Shown here one piece after another: positions 11,237 through 23,136 of a stretch of 64,000 bases of DNA. Source of the DNA: Azolla caroliniana (lineage: Eukaryota > Plantae > Polypodiophyta); contig JBHGNT010000017.1 in the NCBI GenBank assembly GCA_043228905.1, positions 17,050,001-17,114,000 of the forward strand. Direction: 5' to 3'. The notes under the pieces were generated by a model. It made no database searches and was not told where the DNA came from. It worked only from the letters and a program-made list of their open reading frames with translations. Positions within the stretch are counted from its first letter, which is position 1; each line of letters starts with the position of its first letter. Both the position numbers and the translations under genes were made by a program.

Positions 11237-13854
11237 ATCTTCACCTACAACGAATGTGAATAATGACACATGTGAAGAGTTCTCTATTGAAGAATACGAT
11301 ATTAATAAAGATACAGAGAATGAAGGTAGTGCCAATGAAACATCAAATATCATGGGCGATGGTCACAACAAAGAATTGGATAGTAACAAGGTTACACCAA
11401 CTTCTATGCGGGAAGAGAAATCTGGAAGCACTATGCATATTAGAAGAATCCCACGAAGAATTCGTCTAGCTATATTTAACTTGGTGATATCAGATAAGCA
11501 GATTGGATTTAATGTCAAAAAAAGATGTTGTGCTCGTGGTTGTATGTCTATGATTAGAAAATCAAAGTTGTGAGAATTAAGGCGATACTATTTTTCGATG
11601 ACTGGTGATGAGCAAGACACTTATCTCCGGTCACATATGCAACTAGTGTCTGACAAATGTACGGGGATCAAAGTATCATTCAAGTATTATATCTTCCATG
11701 CGCAACAGATATGTAGAGTTGCATTCAAAATTGCGTTATGTGTTAGTAACATGCGGCTACATAGAGTACAACAACGTCTACTTAGCGGGGATTAGATGCT
11801 CAATTGTAAAGAGGTTCCAAGTATGAAAGGTCCAATTGGAAGACATGCTATTGGTTGGATGAAAAGTTACTTTCAGTTAAATTGTGAAGTAAGGCCCACT
11901 ACAAGTAGGATGCACCTCTCTGATAATTACACACGCCGGGCAGTTTATGATGTCTATCAATCTGATATGGTGGGCTCATGTAATAAGTCTGTCACATATA
12001 GCCAATTCACAAGATTATGGAGAGCTCGGTTTTCAAATGTTATCATTCCACGTAAAGTACGCATGGGGTATTGCTCCATTTGTGCAAATCTTAAAAGTTT
12101 GGCTAAAGGTACAAAGACATCAATGGAAAAGGATATGAGTAAGAAGTTACTTCAGGAACATCGTGAAGCACAATTGTTAGAACAAAAGAAGGCGATGCAT
12201 CATAGAGAGAAGTGTTTGAAGAGGCCCGAACAATACATGTGCTTAATGATAGATGGTATGGACCAGAAGAAGATGTGTTTGCCGCATATGCAGAGGCTCC
12301 CCAAAGACGTCAATGATGAGTGCCTTGTTCAAATGCACTTGGTGGGATGCTTGGCTTATAATAGGTCAATTGGACCTCACGTCTTCATTACATACCCCAA
12401 TGTTCACAATGACCCTAACCTAACAGTTACAGTGATTCACCGAGTTTTGATGTCTTGGGGCCAACCATTCCTCCTGTTCTATACATTCAATTGGACAATA
12501 CTGCTAGAGAGAACAAAAATTCAACTGTGTTTGTCTATCTAAGTATGATGGTCAACCAAGGATTGTTTAGAAAAGTGAAAGTCAATTTTCTTTTGGTTGG
12601 CCACACACATGATCATATAGATCAGATGTTTAGCACATTCTCTAGACAGTTGTCTCGGCATGATGCTTTCACATTACCAAAACTATTTGATGTCATTTGT
12701 GATGCATATACACCACGCCCAAAAGTGTTACACTTGAAGGAGGTATATGACTTTAAGAGATATATATATCAGATGGGGGTGTTGGGAATGTTAAAGTGCT
12801 CGCCCAGTTAAACAATATAAGCTTCAACCACATTTTTATGATAAAGAAAAAGGAAATAAGTGGTTCTACGCTTTTGTATGCTAAACAATATTCATCTTCT
12901 ACAACATGGGAACCTGAAGGTGGTTGCTAGTTATTACTTTGTATGCCGAGTACAATTGTCCATGGAGCTAAACAAATGCCGATTGAGAAGAAAGGACAGT
13001 TGCATAGTGACTTGGTATCGGAACAAAAACGTTTATGACTCCAAGCCTTAGAAGAAAAAAGAAAGCATATTGAGGCCACCAAGGAATATGCCGCACAACA
13101 AGACACGTCATGGTGGGATGTATTTTTTAGTGATCAGAAAGGAATTATAGACAATTGTGTATTTGGTGATAATTGGAATTTGGAAATGCCATTCACATGG
13201 TCGTTGCAACATGATCGTGTAAATAAAACTCCGGAGCAACCAGCAAATGCGATTAATGACAGTTTGGTCCATCCACAACAAAGAGACATTTATGTGGGAC
13301 CAAGGATGACCAAAGCAGCCGAAGCTAGATGGCAAGGCAATTTGCAAGAGCTCACGGCGGGGATGTTGATTGCAACGCCGGCTGATGAGAACTCACATGG
13401 CCACCAATTTTGGGTTGGTAAAATTCTATAAGTGCTAATGCATGAAATAGAAAACACGATCAAGTCTATAAACGTTCATTGGTACAACACTAGAAGTGCA
13501 AATGCTTTTACAAGTAAGTATACATTGGAGATGATTGAATGCCCAACAACAAGGGGAGGTAGGAAGAGGAAGTGAAACATTCGTAACACCTCGACCCTTG
13601 ATATCTCTTATGTGGATATCATCGTGTACGACTTCACACTTACAAAAGTCAGACGATTAAGGAAGTCAACAATAGATATAATAAAAGAAAAATTACCAGG
13701 TCTACAAGTTGGCTCAAGTCGAAGGCAAACGAGATATGCTACATATAATCTAGAGTCAAACCATTTGGTTTATGACAAAGATAATGTACTGATTGGTACA
13801 TCCAAGGATGACGAGGAGGAATCGTCATTGTATATTAGTTATAGTAGTGAGTGA
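11112..13854 (+). pseudogene. Sola-like DDD DNA transposase with C-terminal SH3/BAH-like beta-barrel
   Basis: N-terminal CCxxxC...EQDTYL...ICRVAFKIALCVSNMRL, then YCSIC. Catalytic-type motifs MIDGMDQKK, YIQLDNTARENKN and FLLVGHTHDHIDQMFS. C-terminal AGMLIAT...FWVGKI...VHWY. ORFs 11112, 11598 and 11796 are in one frame separated by TGA and TAG; frameshifts near 12470 and 12765. Confidence 0.8.
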
Positions 13855-16800
13855 TCATGTATGTATTTTTGGCTATTAAGTATAACTATATTCCGCTTGT
13901 AATAAATCGAGTAATATAAAAGCATGTGTTTTGATTTCTTATGATTTCTAAAAAAGAGTTTCTTATAAAATAACATTGGTTGTAAAGTTTGTGATATAAA
14001 TTAAGAATGTAACTTTTTGAAATTCCTCTTTTTTTATTTACTTCTAAATCACGAAAATAGTGGATTTTTAACCTTTTTCATAGTATATTTGAACATGTAT
14101 GATACTGGTATCAATGTGTTTTGTAAAATCATTGAAAAAGCCTTAAAATCAACCAAAATATTCCTTATCCTTCCATTTATGCGCAATCCTTCCACTTGTG
14201 AACGCGAATGTGTCTAAACCACTTAAGGGAAACACAAACCCTAATCATCACTAAAGGCAGAAATCAACCATACTACGAAATTCTGTCAATCAGAAACACA
14301 CCTGCTGCTACACCCCGATCTTCGAGACATCCTTGTTTGGGACTCCAACGACTTCACCCTATTCAATTTTTGGGAAAGATGAACAGGCACCAAAGTTAAA
14401 GACAGTTATAAATTAGGAAAAAAAAAAGTTTTTTTAATATGTAACTGATACATACCTGGACGAGGATCAACTAACTCGTGTGTTGTAGCTCTGAAGGTGC
14501 AATGTCGATCTCAGAGTTTTTGTGTGGCTGCGGGGGCTTCGTCTGTGTTCATGCTCAGAGTACTCCATCTGTTTGGACTTCGAACTCGAACTCAGGATTA
14601 TCAAGAATTTGATGACATTCAAGTCGACCTTAGATGATGGCACTATTCCCCATGTTCGACTACGTCAGAAACCAAAGTTCAAATATTTGAGTATTCTCAT
14701 CAATTAAATGACATGTATTTAACTAATAAAACATAAAATTTCGTAAACCATCCTTATGATTTTCCCACAAAAAAACTAGTTAAACAAATAGCTAATTAGT
14801 TGTGGCCATTTTAATAGCTAATTAGCTATAATAGTGTTTCCACTCGCATGCTTTTACCCATCTATTTAAGGGGCCTAGGAAAAGGTATAAATATGAGGCT
14901 TAGTTACCCTCATAAGCATATTACGTCGGAAGACTGTTGTCTTAGACATTGGTGGTGCGGGCTAGGTTTTGGTCTCGAGGATCGTGTTTATCTTTTCCAA
15001 GGTATTAGTCATCCTAATATCCGGCGGTATGGGACGTCGATGTTAGGTTGGCTATGTCTAGATCATAGCTCGGGGGTGGTCTGGTGGAACAGGTTCTTCT
15101 ATCCAGTCTATTTTCCTTCCTTTTACTTTATTTTGGTCTATTAATTAGTTTAATAGACTCTTAACAGTGGTATCAGAGCATTTACTAAATTTTGTTTTTT
15201 GTTGTTTTGATGTTTTTGCGTGTGAGTGATGGGGATCTAACAAGGCTCGTCATGCTCTTCTCAAGATCAAAACAACATTCTTAACCCGGTATTCTTGTTT
15301 CTCAATCTCTCTTTTCTTTTCTATGATGCTTTCTTCTTGGTCGTATGAAAGTGGTATAATTACGTTTTCTTTCCTTTTCTTGCTTCTTTCTACCATGATA
15401 CGATGTTAATCTACTTACACGTCGGGTGGAGCGTGTTTGCACTAATCGCACATGCTCAACTCATGGCCCTTTTGCATATTGCGATGTATCTCCCATTCTC
15501 CCCGCTCTTGAGTCATCTCTTACGATAATAGTTATTCTTGTGCATCAGGTCAAACATGTTTGTCCTAATCGCACACGCTCACCTCATGGCTCTTTTGCAT
15601 ATGATGTTGAGAACGTCACCCTTCCCTTTATTGAGCCATCACTTGGCTGATTATATGGGATTTTGTGACTTTGACGAGGTGTATACCGCTTGCCTATGCC
15701 AATTTACTCTCTATTGAGCCATCACTTGGCCAATTCTAGAGATATGTGGTGGTCTTGAGGAGGTGCATGTTGACTACCCTAGGGTTTCTTACCTAAAGGC
15801 ATGCTTAATGTTCCAAACACCTAATTGATAATTATTCTAATTAATTTCTAATTACATAAATTGTCGTTTCACTTTTGTATGATTTTCTCGTAATTGTCAT
15901 TTACCCACCCACAATTAACTCTCCTTTTTCCCTTCCTTTTCATGTTTAAAGTATTTACGTGCGTTTACCTATGATGTAACACTTTCGTGTAGACTATTTT
16001 TTCGTATTGAGTGGGCATCATGCCATTTTTGGACGATTTTTTCCAACGGGTCATCTAGGTTTAACTCATATTATCGGGCCTTAGAACTCGAGTAAAACCG
16101 CATGAGTGCTCCTATTGATGTTTTACTCATAGATTTGAGTACTACATCTTTGCGCACAAGACCACCACCACTTGTATCAATTTTTGTCTTATGTCACAAT
16201 TGTGCAAATTACAACCACCATATTGGGATGTATATGTGCATACCTCGCACCTCCCATAACATTACTTTTTTAGTAGGTAGCACATGGTTTTTTTTCACCC
16301 TTGTTTTCATCACTTCATAACTCTTATGGGTAGTGCCTTATTTTATCATTTTTGTCATAACATTTGCTTGTTAGTTGCAAAACTAGAATATTACTTGCGA
16401 GTGCACTTGTTTTTCCATGTAATACACTTTCTCGACCATATCAATACATGCTAAGTTGGCATTTTCATATAAGGCTAACTAGGAAATTACATTGATTCTA
16501 GAACCATGATTGAGCCTCGGGAAACTGCCATGATTATTCAAGATAGAGATCCGAGAAAGACATCTTAGCTATGTTTTCCCCCATCGTTTTTAAAACACCA
16601 TAGTGTTACCATAGTTATCGGATCTCGAATCACATCTCATATGTCTAGAGGGGTAAAGGCGTGAGATGCTTTCTTGGATAAAGTTCTTTCAATCAAAATT
16701 TCAAGCATTTTGCTTGTGTATTTCTGAACCTCCTTATTTATATTGCGTACACACAACTTGCATCATGGAACAAGTTTTGAACATTGTTGGAGCGATCTCT

Positions 16801-17616
16801 CCGATCAAGACCTCTCCACTCTAATTTGCATCTCGCACACAAGTTGAGATCACTATTGAGCAATTACTCACGACTACCTTGAATCAATTGGCCGAAATTA
16901 GGCAAGCCAATATGGCTTTGGTGAAGAAATTCCAAGAATTGACTATTGAGTCCAAGAAAGAAGGTGAACCTTCTTTTGTAGTCACGCCATTCAAGGGAGA
17001 TAAGAAAGAAAGAACCGAGGAGGCCATTAGCACTTGGCTTGGTCGTTGGGAGTCTCAATTTGAGCTCCATCCCAAGCCCGATGCTGTAAAAATTGTTTAT
17101 GTCGGTCGTGAGTTAGGTGGCCAAGCTACTGCTTGGTGGTGCGGCCTACGGACTACAAAGAACATACCCACAACTTGAAAAGGTTTCGTCAATGTTTTTA
17201 GAAAACAGTTCTCGCAACCACCTTCTCAAACTGAACAAGCACAAAAATTGCTCACGTTGTCGAGCAACCCATTTATCTGTCTTGAGAATTATGCGCATCA
17301 TGCTCGGACCCAAATCCAAAAATCGGGACTTACGGGTGAGAAATGGTTTGTTGCTTGTTTTTTGAATGGTATTCCTATTGGGGATTACCATTGGATTGTC
17401 CATGACAAGAACCCCACAACTTTCGAGGAAGCCGTCAACATTTTACTTCGGTACCATAGGAATTCCAAGTTCATTGGGAAATGTAAGCAATCCAGTGACA
17501 CTCTTGACCGCGACTCAAAGAAACCGAATCTCTTCTGTGAATATTGCAAGAAGCAGGGCCACACAAAGGATACCTGTCATCGTCTAGAGAGGAAGTCAAG
17601 GAACACCCCTCCTCAA

Positions 17617-20600
17617 TGTTGAGAAGCAAGCTCAACAAAGGTATGTGATGCTTATTAAGAAATAAGCTATAGTAGTTATTAGCTAATTAGGGTTTAGCTA
17701 ATTAGTGGACATAAAGGTGAAACAACTATTTAGCTACTGACAGCTATTTAGCTACTATTAGCTAATTAGCTGCATATTGTAAGTGACTTATAACTTAGGT
17801 AAAAAGTAAGTAGAAAAGAGAGTAAGAGTGAGAGTAGAGAAGAGAGTAGTAAAGAACAGAGAACAGAAAACTAACGAGAGCGAGTTGAGCTCTGCGTGTA
17901 ATGAAATAGAAGAAGCTCTTTGGTTTGCTACAGAAAGGTAAGTCTCCTTCCCCTTCGTTTCTGGCTTGAGCACTAAAAGATCCAGCACATCACGATCCGA
18001 TGTGCACACCGAAGAGCCGTAGTGCCTTCGTAACATGGTATCAGAGCAGAGTTGCTCATAAAGAAGATTAGAGTAGTACAGATATGAGAAGTTTGGTTCT
18101 AGTTGCTTATCTGAATCAGAGAGTTGTCTGTGAAGTTAATCGTAGCAAAAGCCCTAATTGAAAGAGAGAATGACTACTGAGAATGGAAGCCAAATAGTCA
18201 CAGAAAAACTGGATAAAAACAATTTCCCTGTGTGGAAATTGAGAATGACAAATTTGCTGATGGGAAAAGGATACTGAGATTATATTGAAGGAGACCTAGA
18301 AGTGGCTCCAGAGATCCCTGAAGAAAATGCAACTGCTGCATAGATTAAAGCATTTAAGGAATGGAATCAAGGGGCAAGGAAAGTATTGCATTGGCTCTCA
18401 CTTAGCATCTTGGATTCGATGCTTGGACACATACAAGATGCTATACTTCCAAAAGACGCTTGGGACAGTTTGGTAAAACTTTTTGCAATGAACACAAATG
18501 CTAGAAAGTTGTTGGTATTGTGGAAAACCAGGTCATACACAGGTTGAATGCTATAAAAAGCAAAATGATGAAAAAAGAGGGAAGAGATAGCAAAATAACT
18601 ATGCTTCAACCAGTGAAGATTGTGATAAAGATTATGTATTTGTGGTGCAACAAGAAACAGTAGCAATGAATGAATGTTCACAGAGATGCAATGAAGAGTT
18701 TATGTGGTATGTAGATTCAGGGGCATCTAATCATATGATAGGACATGCAAACTGGTTTGAAAGTCTAAGAGAACTAGAGATTCCTGGTTATGTACAGACA
18801 TGTGATAATACTACTCACCAAATAGAGCATGTTGGAGATATCCCATTGTGGGAAGAAAAAGGAAAAACAAAGTATATGTTGAATGTGATGCATGTTCCAA
18901 ACCTTGCAAAAAATCTTATTTCTGTTGGACAGATAGTGGAGCAAGGAATGCAAGTTAAGTTTAAGCAAAGTGGATGCTTTATAGAAAGAAAGAAAGATAT
19001 ATTAACGTCTTCTAAGGCCAAATTTGGCCCATGAGACAATTGGTTTACAACAAAATGAGTATTTATCCAGTCATCATAACTTAAATAAAATAAAGTAAAC
19101 ATAGAACTTAAGCTAAAAGAGTTCTAGTAGTGTACAATACATGGTATACTCGATAAAGGAAGTGACTTTACACTAAGCCTAATTTTATTTCCACCCAAGC
19201 CTCTCAAAAAGAAGTGGGGGGTCAAAGGGTTTTGATGTGGGTGTGACCCGTGGTTCCAATGTAGCGAGTGCCCTAGCCATGGCAACTAGGCGGTGTAGCT
19301 CACATTCCCTTATTTTCATTATTGCTTCCACACCATGTCGAGTTGCTTTGAAACCCCGCACCCAAGGACGTCTGGTTCTTCTTTGGTTTTCTGCCTCATC
19401 AAGGGAAAGGTCGAGTGGTGCAGGTGTGTCGACATTCGTTGTCTCCCCCTGTTCCTGAAAAACTTCATTTGTTACATGTTGGTGAACATTAGCAACATTA
19501 TTGTCAACATTTTGTAACTTATTCTCTCTGTATTGTTTTAGTTCTAGAATGTATTTGCCTAATTTCTTTATATCTAGAGTATCTAATAGTTTGGGGAAGG
19601 TGGGAGAGGAACCAAGTATGTCTTGGTATTTTGCCCTTATCTCGGCATAGAGAAACAGGGAAAACTTATTGCAAAAGGAAAACATCAAGGAAGGATGTTT
19701 GTGTTAGATGTGGATATGCCTAGAAAGATTACAGCCATGTTTGCAGAAGGAATGAGTTTAATCTAAGATGCGGAAATGTGGCATAAATGAATTGGTCACA
19801 TAAGTATGCAAAACTTGAAAAATATGTTGAGGAAAAATGCAGTGGCTAGATTGCCTAAGTTGAAAGATTGTGAGGTGAGCAAAATATGTGAAGCATGCCA
19901 ATATGGAAAGCAAAACAGGTTGCCTTTCCCTCATGAAAGACATGAAAGCAAAAATTTGTTGGATTTGGTACTTACAGATATATGGGGACCAACAAAAAAT
20001 GCATCAATTAGTGGATGTAAGTTTTATGTAACATTTATTGATGATTGCTCAAGGAAAACAGGGGTTCATTTCATGAAAGAGAAAAGTGAAGTATTTGATT
20101 GCTTTCATAAGTTAAAATGTATGGTGGAAAAGCAGGTTGGAACTAGAATAAAATGCTTAAGATCTGAGGGAGGAGGAGAGTACTTCTCAAATGAATTTTC
20201 TGATTTTCTATGCAATCAAGGAATAAGGAGACAATTTACAAGTAGATATACTCCACAACAAAATGGAGTTGTTGAGAGGAAAACCATAACTCTGGTGAAC
20301 ATAGCAAGAGCCATGATGACTGAAAAAAATATGCCATTGTATTACTGGGTATAAGTTGTAAACATAGCAAACTTTATTCTAAATAGATGTATAACATCTT
20401 GAGTACATGAAGTAACTCCTAAAGAATGTTTCCATGGAAGGAAACCTAGTTTAGGACACTTAAAACTGTTTGGATGCCTTGCCTATGTTCATGTACCTGC
20501 TGAAGTAAGAAGTAAGCTTGATCCAAAAGCTGAAAAATGTGTTCTTGTTGGATATTCAGAGGAGCAAAAAGGGTATAGATGCTATAACCTTGTGACAAAA

Positions 20601-23136
20601 AAGATTATGGTAACCCGTGATGTAATATTTGATGAGTTGGGCAGCTGGTACAGCCCAAAAGAGAATGTAGAAACTTATGAAGACTGTGAAAATGAAGACA
20701 GAGAAAAATCTGAAAATGTAAGAGATAACCATAGAGATGGAAACAATGTTGGACAACAAAGTTCAACATCAATAGAATGTACAGGACCATCAAAAAACTT
20801 TGGTAGTAAATCTGATTCAAATGCATGGAGTGGAAAACATGCAGGACATAAAAAATATGATGATAAAAAGGGAAAACAGAAAATGCCAAAATATGAAATG
20901 CTTGATGATGGGTCTAGAAACATGGAAGATGTAGACTCAAATACATCATTGGATGATGACCTTGGTATAGGAGCCTTGAAAATCCTTGGTATGGAAAAGG
21001 CAATGAATGATGCAATTCAGAAACTAAGAAGATCAGATAGAGAGAAAAAGACTGTTGAAAGATTTGGTTATGACACATATATGGCCATGCATTATGCATA
21101 CATGTCTAAAGTGGTACAAATCCCTTATCCAAATAATTTTGATGAAGCAAAATCTGATAAGAAATGGGTGAATGCAATGCAAGAAGAAATAGATGCATTG
21201 GTTGAAAACAAAACACGGATTTGGTAAAGTTACTGAAAGGAAAAAATGTTGTAGGTTGAAAATGGGTCTACAAGACAAAGCATGATTCCAATGGAAATGT
21301 TAGTAGACATAAAGCAAGACTTGTGGCAAAGGGATATGCCCAGATGGATGGAATTGATTATGATGAAACATTTGCACCAGTTGCAAAGATGGCAACATTG
21401 AGAACACTACTTGTTGTGAGTACAACCAAAAGATGGGTTCTACACCATATGGATGTAAAAAATGCTTTTTTACATGGGTAACTTAGAAGAAGAAGTGTAT
21501 ATGTGCCAACCACCAGCTTTTAAAGATGAGAAGCATGCAGAATATGTATGTAGGCTGAAAAAGGCTCTCTATAGATTGAAACAAGCACCAAGGGCATGGC
21601 ATAAAGAACTTTCAAAATCTCTGAAAAAAATTGCTTTCAAAATGTCAAAGGTTGATCCATCACTGTATGTAAAAAGGATAAATGATTGCATTGTTATTAT
21701 TTTGATTTATGTTGATGATTTAATCATTAGAGGTGATTCCATGGATGAAATAAGTTGAAAAAAAAACTTGAAATGCAATTTCATATGAAGGATTTGGGAG
21801 AGCTGGCATACTTTATTGGCATTTAGATGATTAGATCTGAAAGTGGTATATATATATGTTGCAAAAACAGTATGCAACAACTATGTTGAAGAAGTATGGT
21901 TTGCTTGGATGTAAACCTATTGATGTACCATTGGATAAGAACTGCAAATTGAGGGCTGATTTGGGAGCCAAAATAGAAGATTGAAACATGTACAGGTCTA
22001 TGGTGGGCAGCCTCATATATTTGACCATAACAAGACCTGATCTGAGTCATGATGTTGGATTAGTCGGCCAGTTTATGCAACAACCAACAAAGCCACATTT
22101 GGACTGCATTAGAAGAATCTTGAGGTATGTAAAAGCTACTCAAAACTATGGACTGTTTTACAGGGCTGATTTGGACATAAAGCTGGAAGGATATACAGAT
22201 GTTGATTGGGCTGGAAGCCAAACTGACAAAAGATCCACAAGTGGATATATGTTTACATTGGGAAGTGCAACCATTTCATGGAGTAGCAAGAAACAAGTTA
22301 TTGTTGCACTATCAAGTACTGAAGCTAAATATAGAGGAGCTGCAATAGCTACCTGTGAAAGAGGTATGGATCAGAACATTGCTTTCTGATTTGGGAGAGT
22401 ATATAGATGGTGCAGCCACAATTTGGTGTGACAATATGAGCAACATTCAGCTGGCAAAAAACCTAGTGTTCCATGCAAGAACAACGCACATTGAAGTGCA
22501 TTATCACTTTGTTAGAGAAAAAGTGAGTGATGGAGAAGTGGATCTGTTGTATGTGAGTACAAATCAGCAAGTGGCTAATATTCTTACGAAGAGATTGAGC
22601 ATGGAAAAACATACACAGTTTAGAGACATGATGGGAGTTATAACCATTGGCATGGTAGCTGAAAAGCATGAAGAAAAAAAGATTGAACATGATCCCAAGA
22701 AAGGATAAGTTGAGCTTGAGGGGGAGTGTTGAGAAGCAAGCTCAACAAAGGTATGTGATGCTTATTGAGAAATAAGCTATAGTAGCTATTAGCTAATTAG
22801 CTACTAGTGGACATAAAAGTGAAACAACTATTTAGCTATGCACAACTATTTAGCTACTAACAACTAATTAGTTGCATATGTAAGTGACTTATAACTTAGG
22901 TAAAAAGTAAGTAGAAAAGAGAGTAAGAGTGAGAGTAGAGAAGAGAGTAGTAAAGAACAAAGAACAGAAAACTAACGAGAGCGAGTTGAGCTCTGCGTGT
23001 AATGAAATAGAAGAAGCTCTTTGGTTTGCTACAGAAAGGTAAGTCTCCTTCCCCTTCATTTCTGTCTTGAGCACTAAACGATCCAGCACATCATGATCCG
23101 ATGTGCACACATAAGAGCCGTAGTGCCTTCGTAACA
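17617..23136 (+). mobile_element. Copia-2 LTR retrotransposon, degraded, AT-rich
   Basis: LTRs 17617-18035 and 22727-23136; PBS TGGTATCAGAGC 18036-18047; PPT TTGAGGGGGAG; TSD CTCAA at 17612-17616 and 23137-23141. Fragments WYVDSGAS, LTDIWGP, IYVDDL and YTDVDWAG. Confidence 0.95.
18986..19646 (-). mobile_element. 5'-truncated non-LTR (LINE-like) insertion inside Copia-2
   Basis: Interrupts the Copia frame GCFIE|KQGKLIAKG and is flanked by ATAGA (18981-18985, 19647-19651). The - strand encodes YAEIRAKYQDIL...KKLGKYILELKQYRE, resembling a LINE ORF2 C-terminus, and ends in a (CTTT)n tail. Confidence 0.65.

Larger units (their letters stand above)
5024..14226. mobile_element. Putative Sola-like DNA transposon carrying a ParB-methyltransferase gene and an unknown ORF; left end not in window, right end tentative
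   Basis: Contiguous AT-rich block without retroelement domains. It has a + strand DDD transposase pseudogene and divergent - strand cargo genes. A possible right end is ...CTAAACCAC|TTAA at ~14222-14226. Confidence 0.6.
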
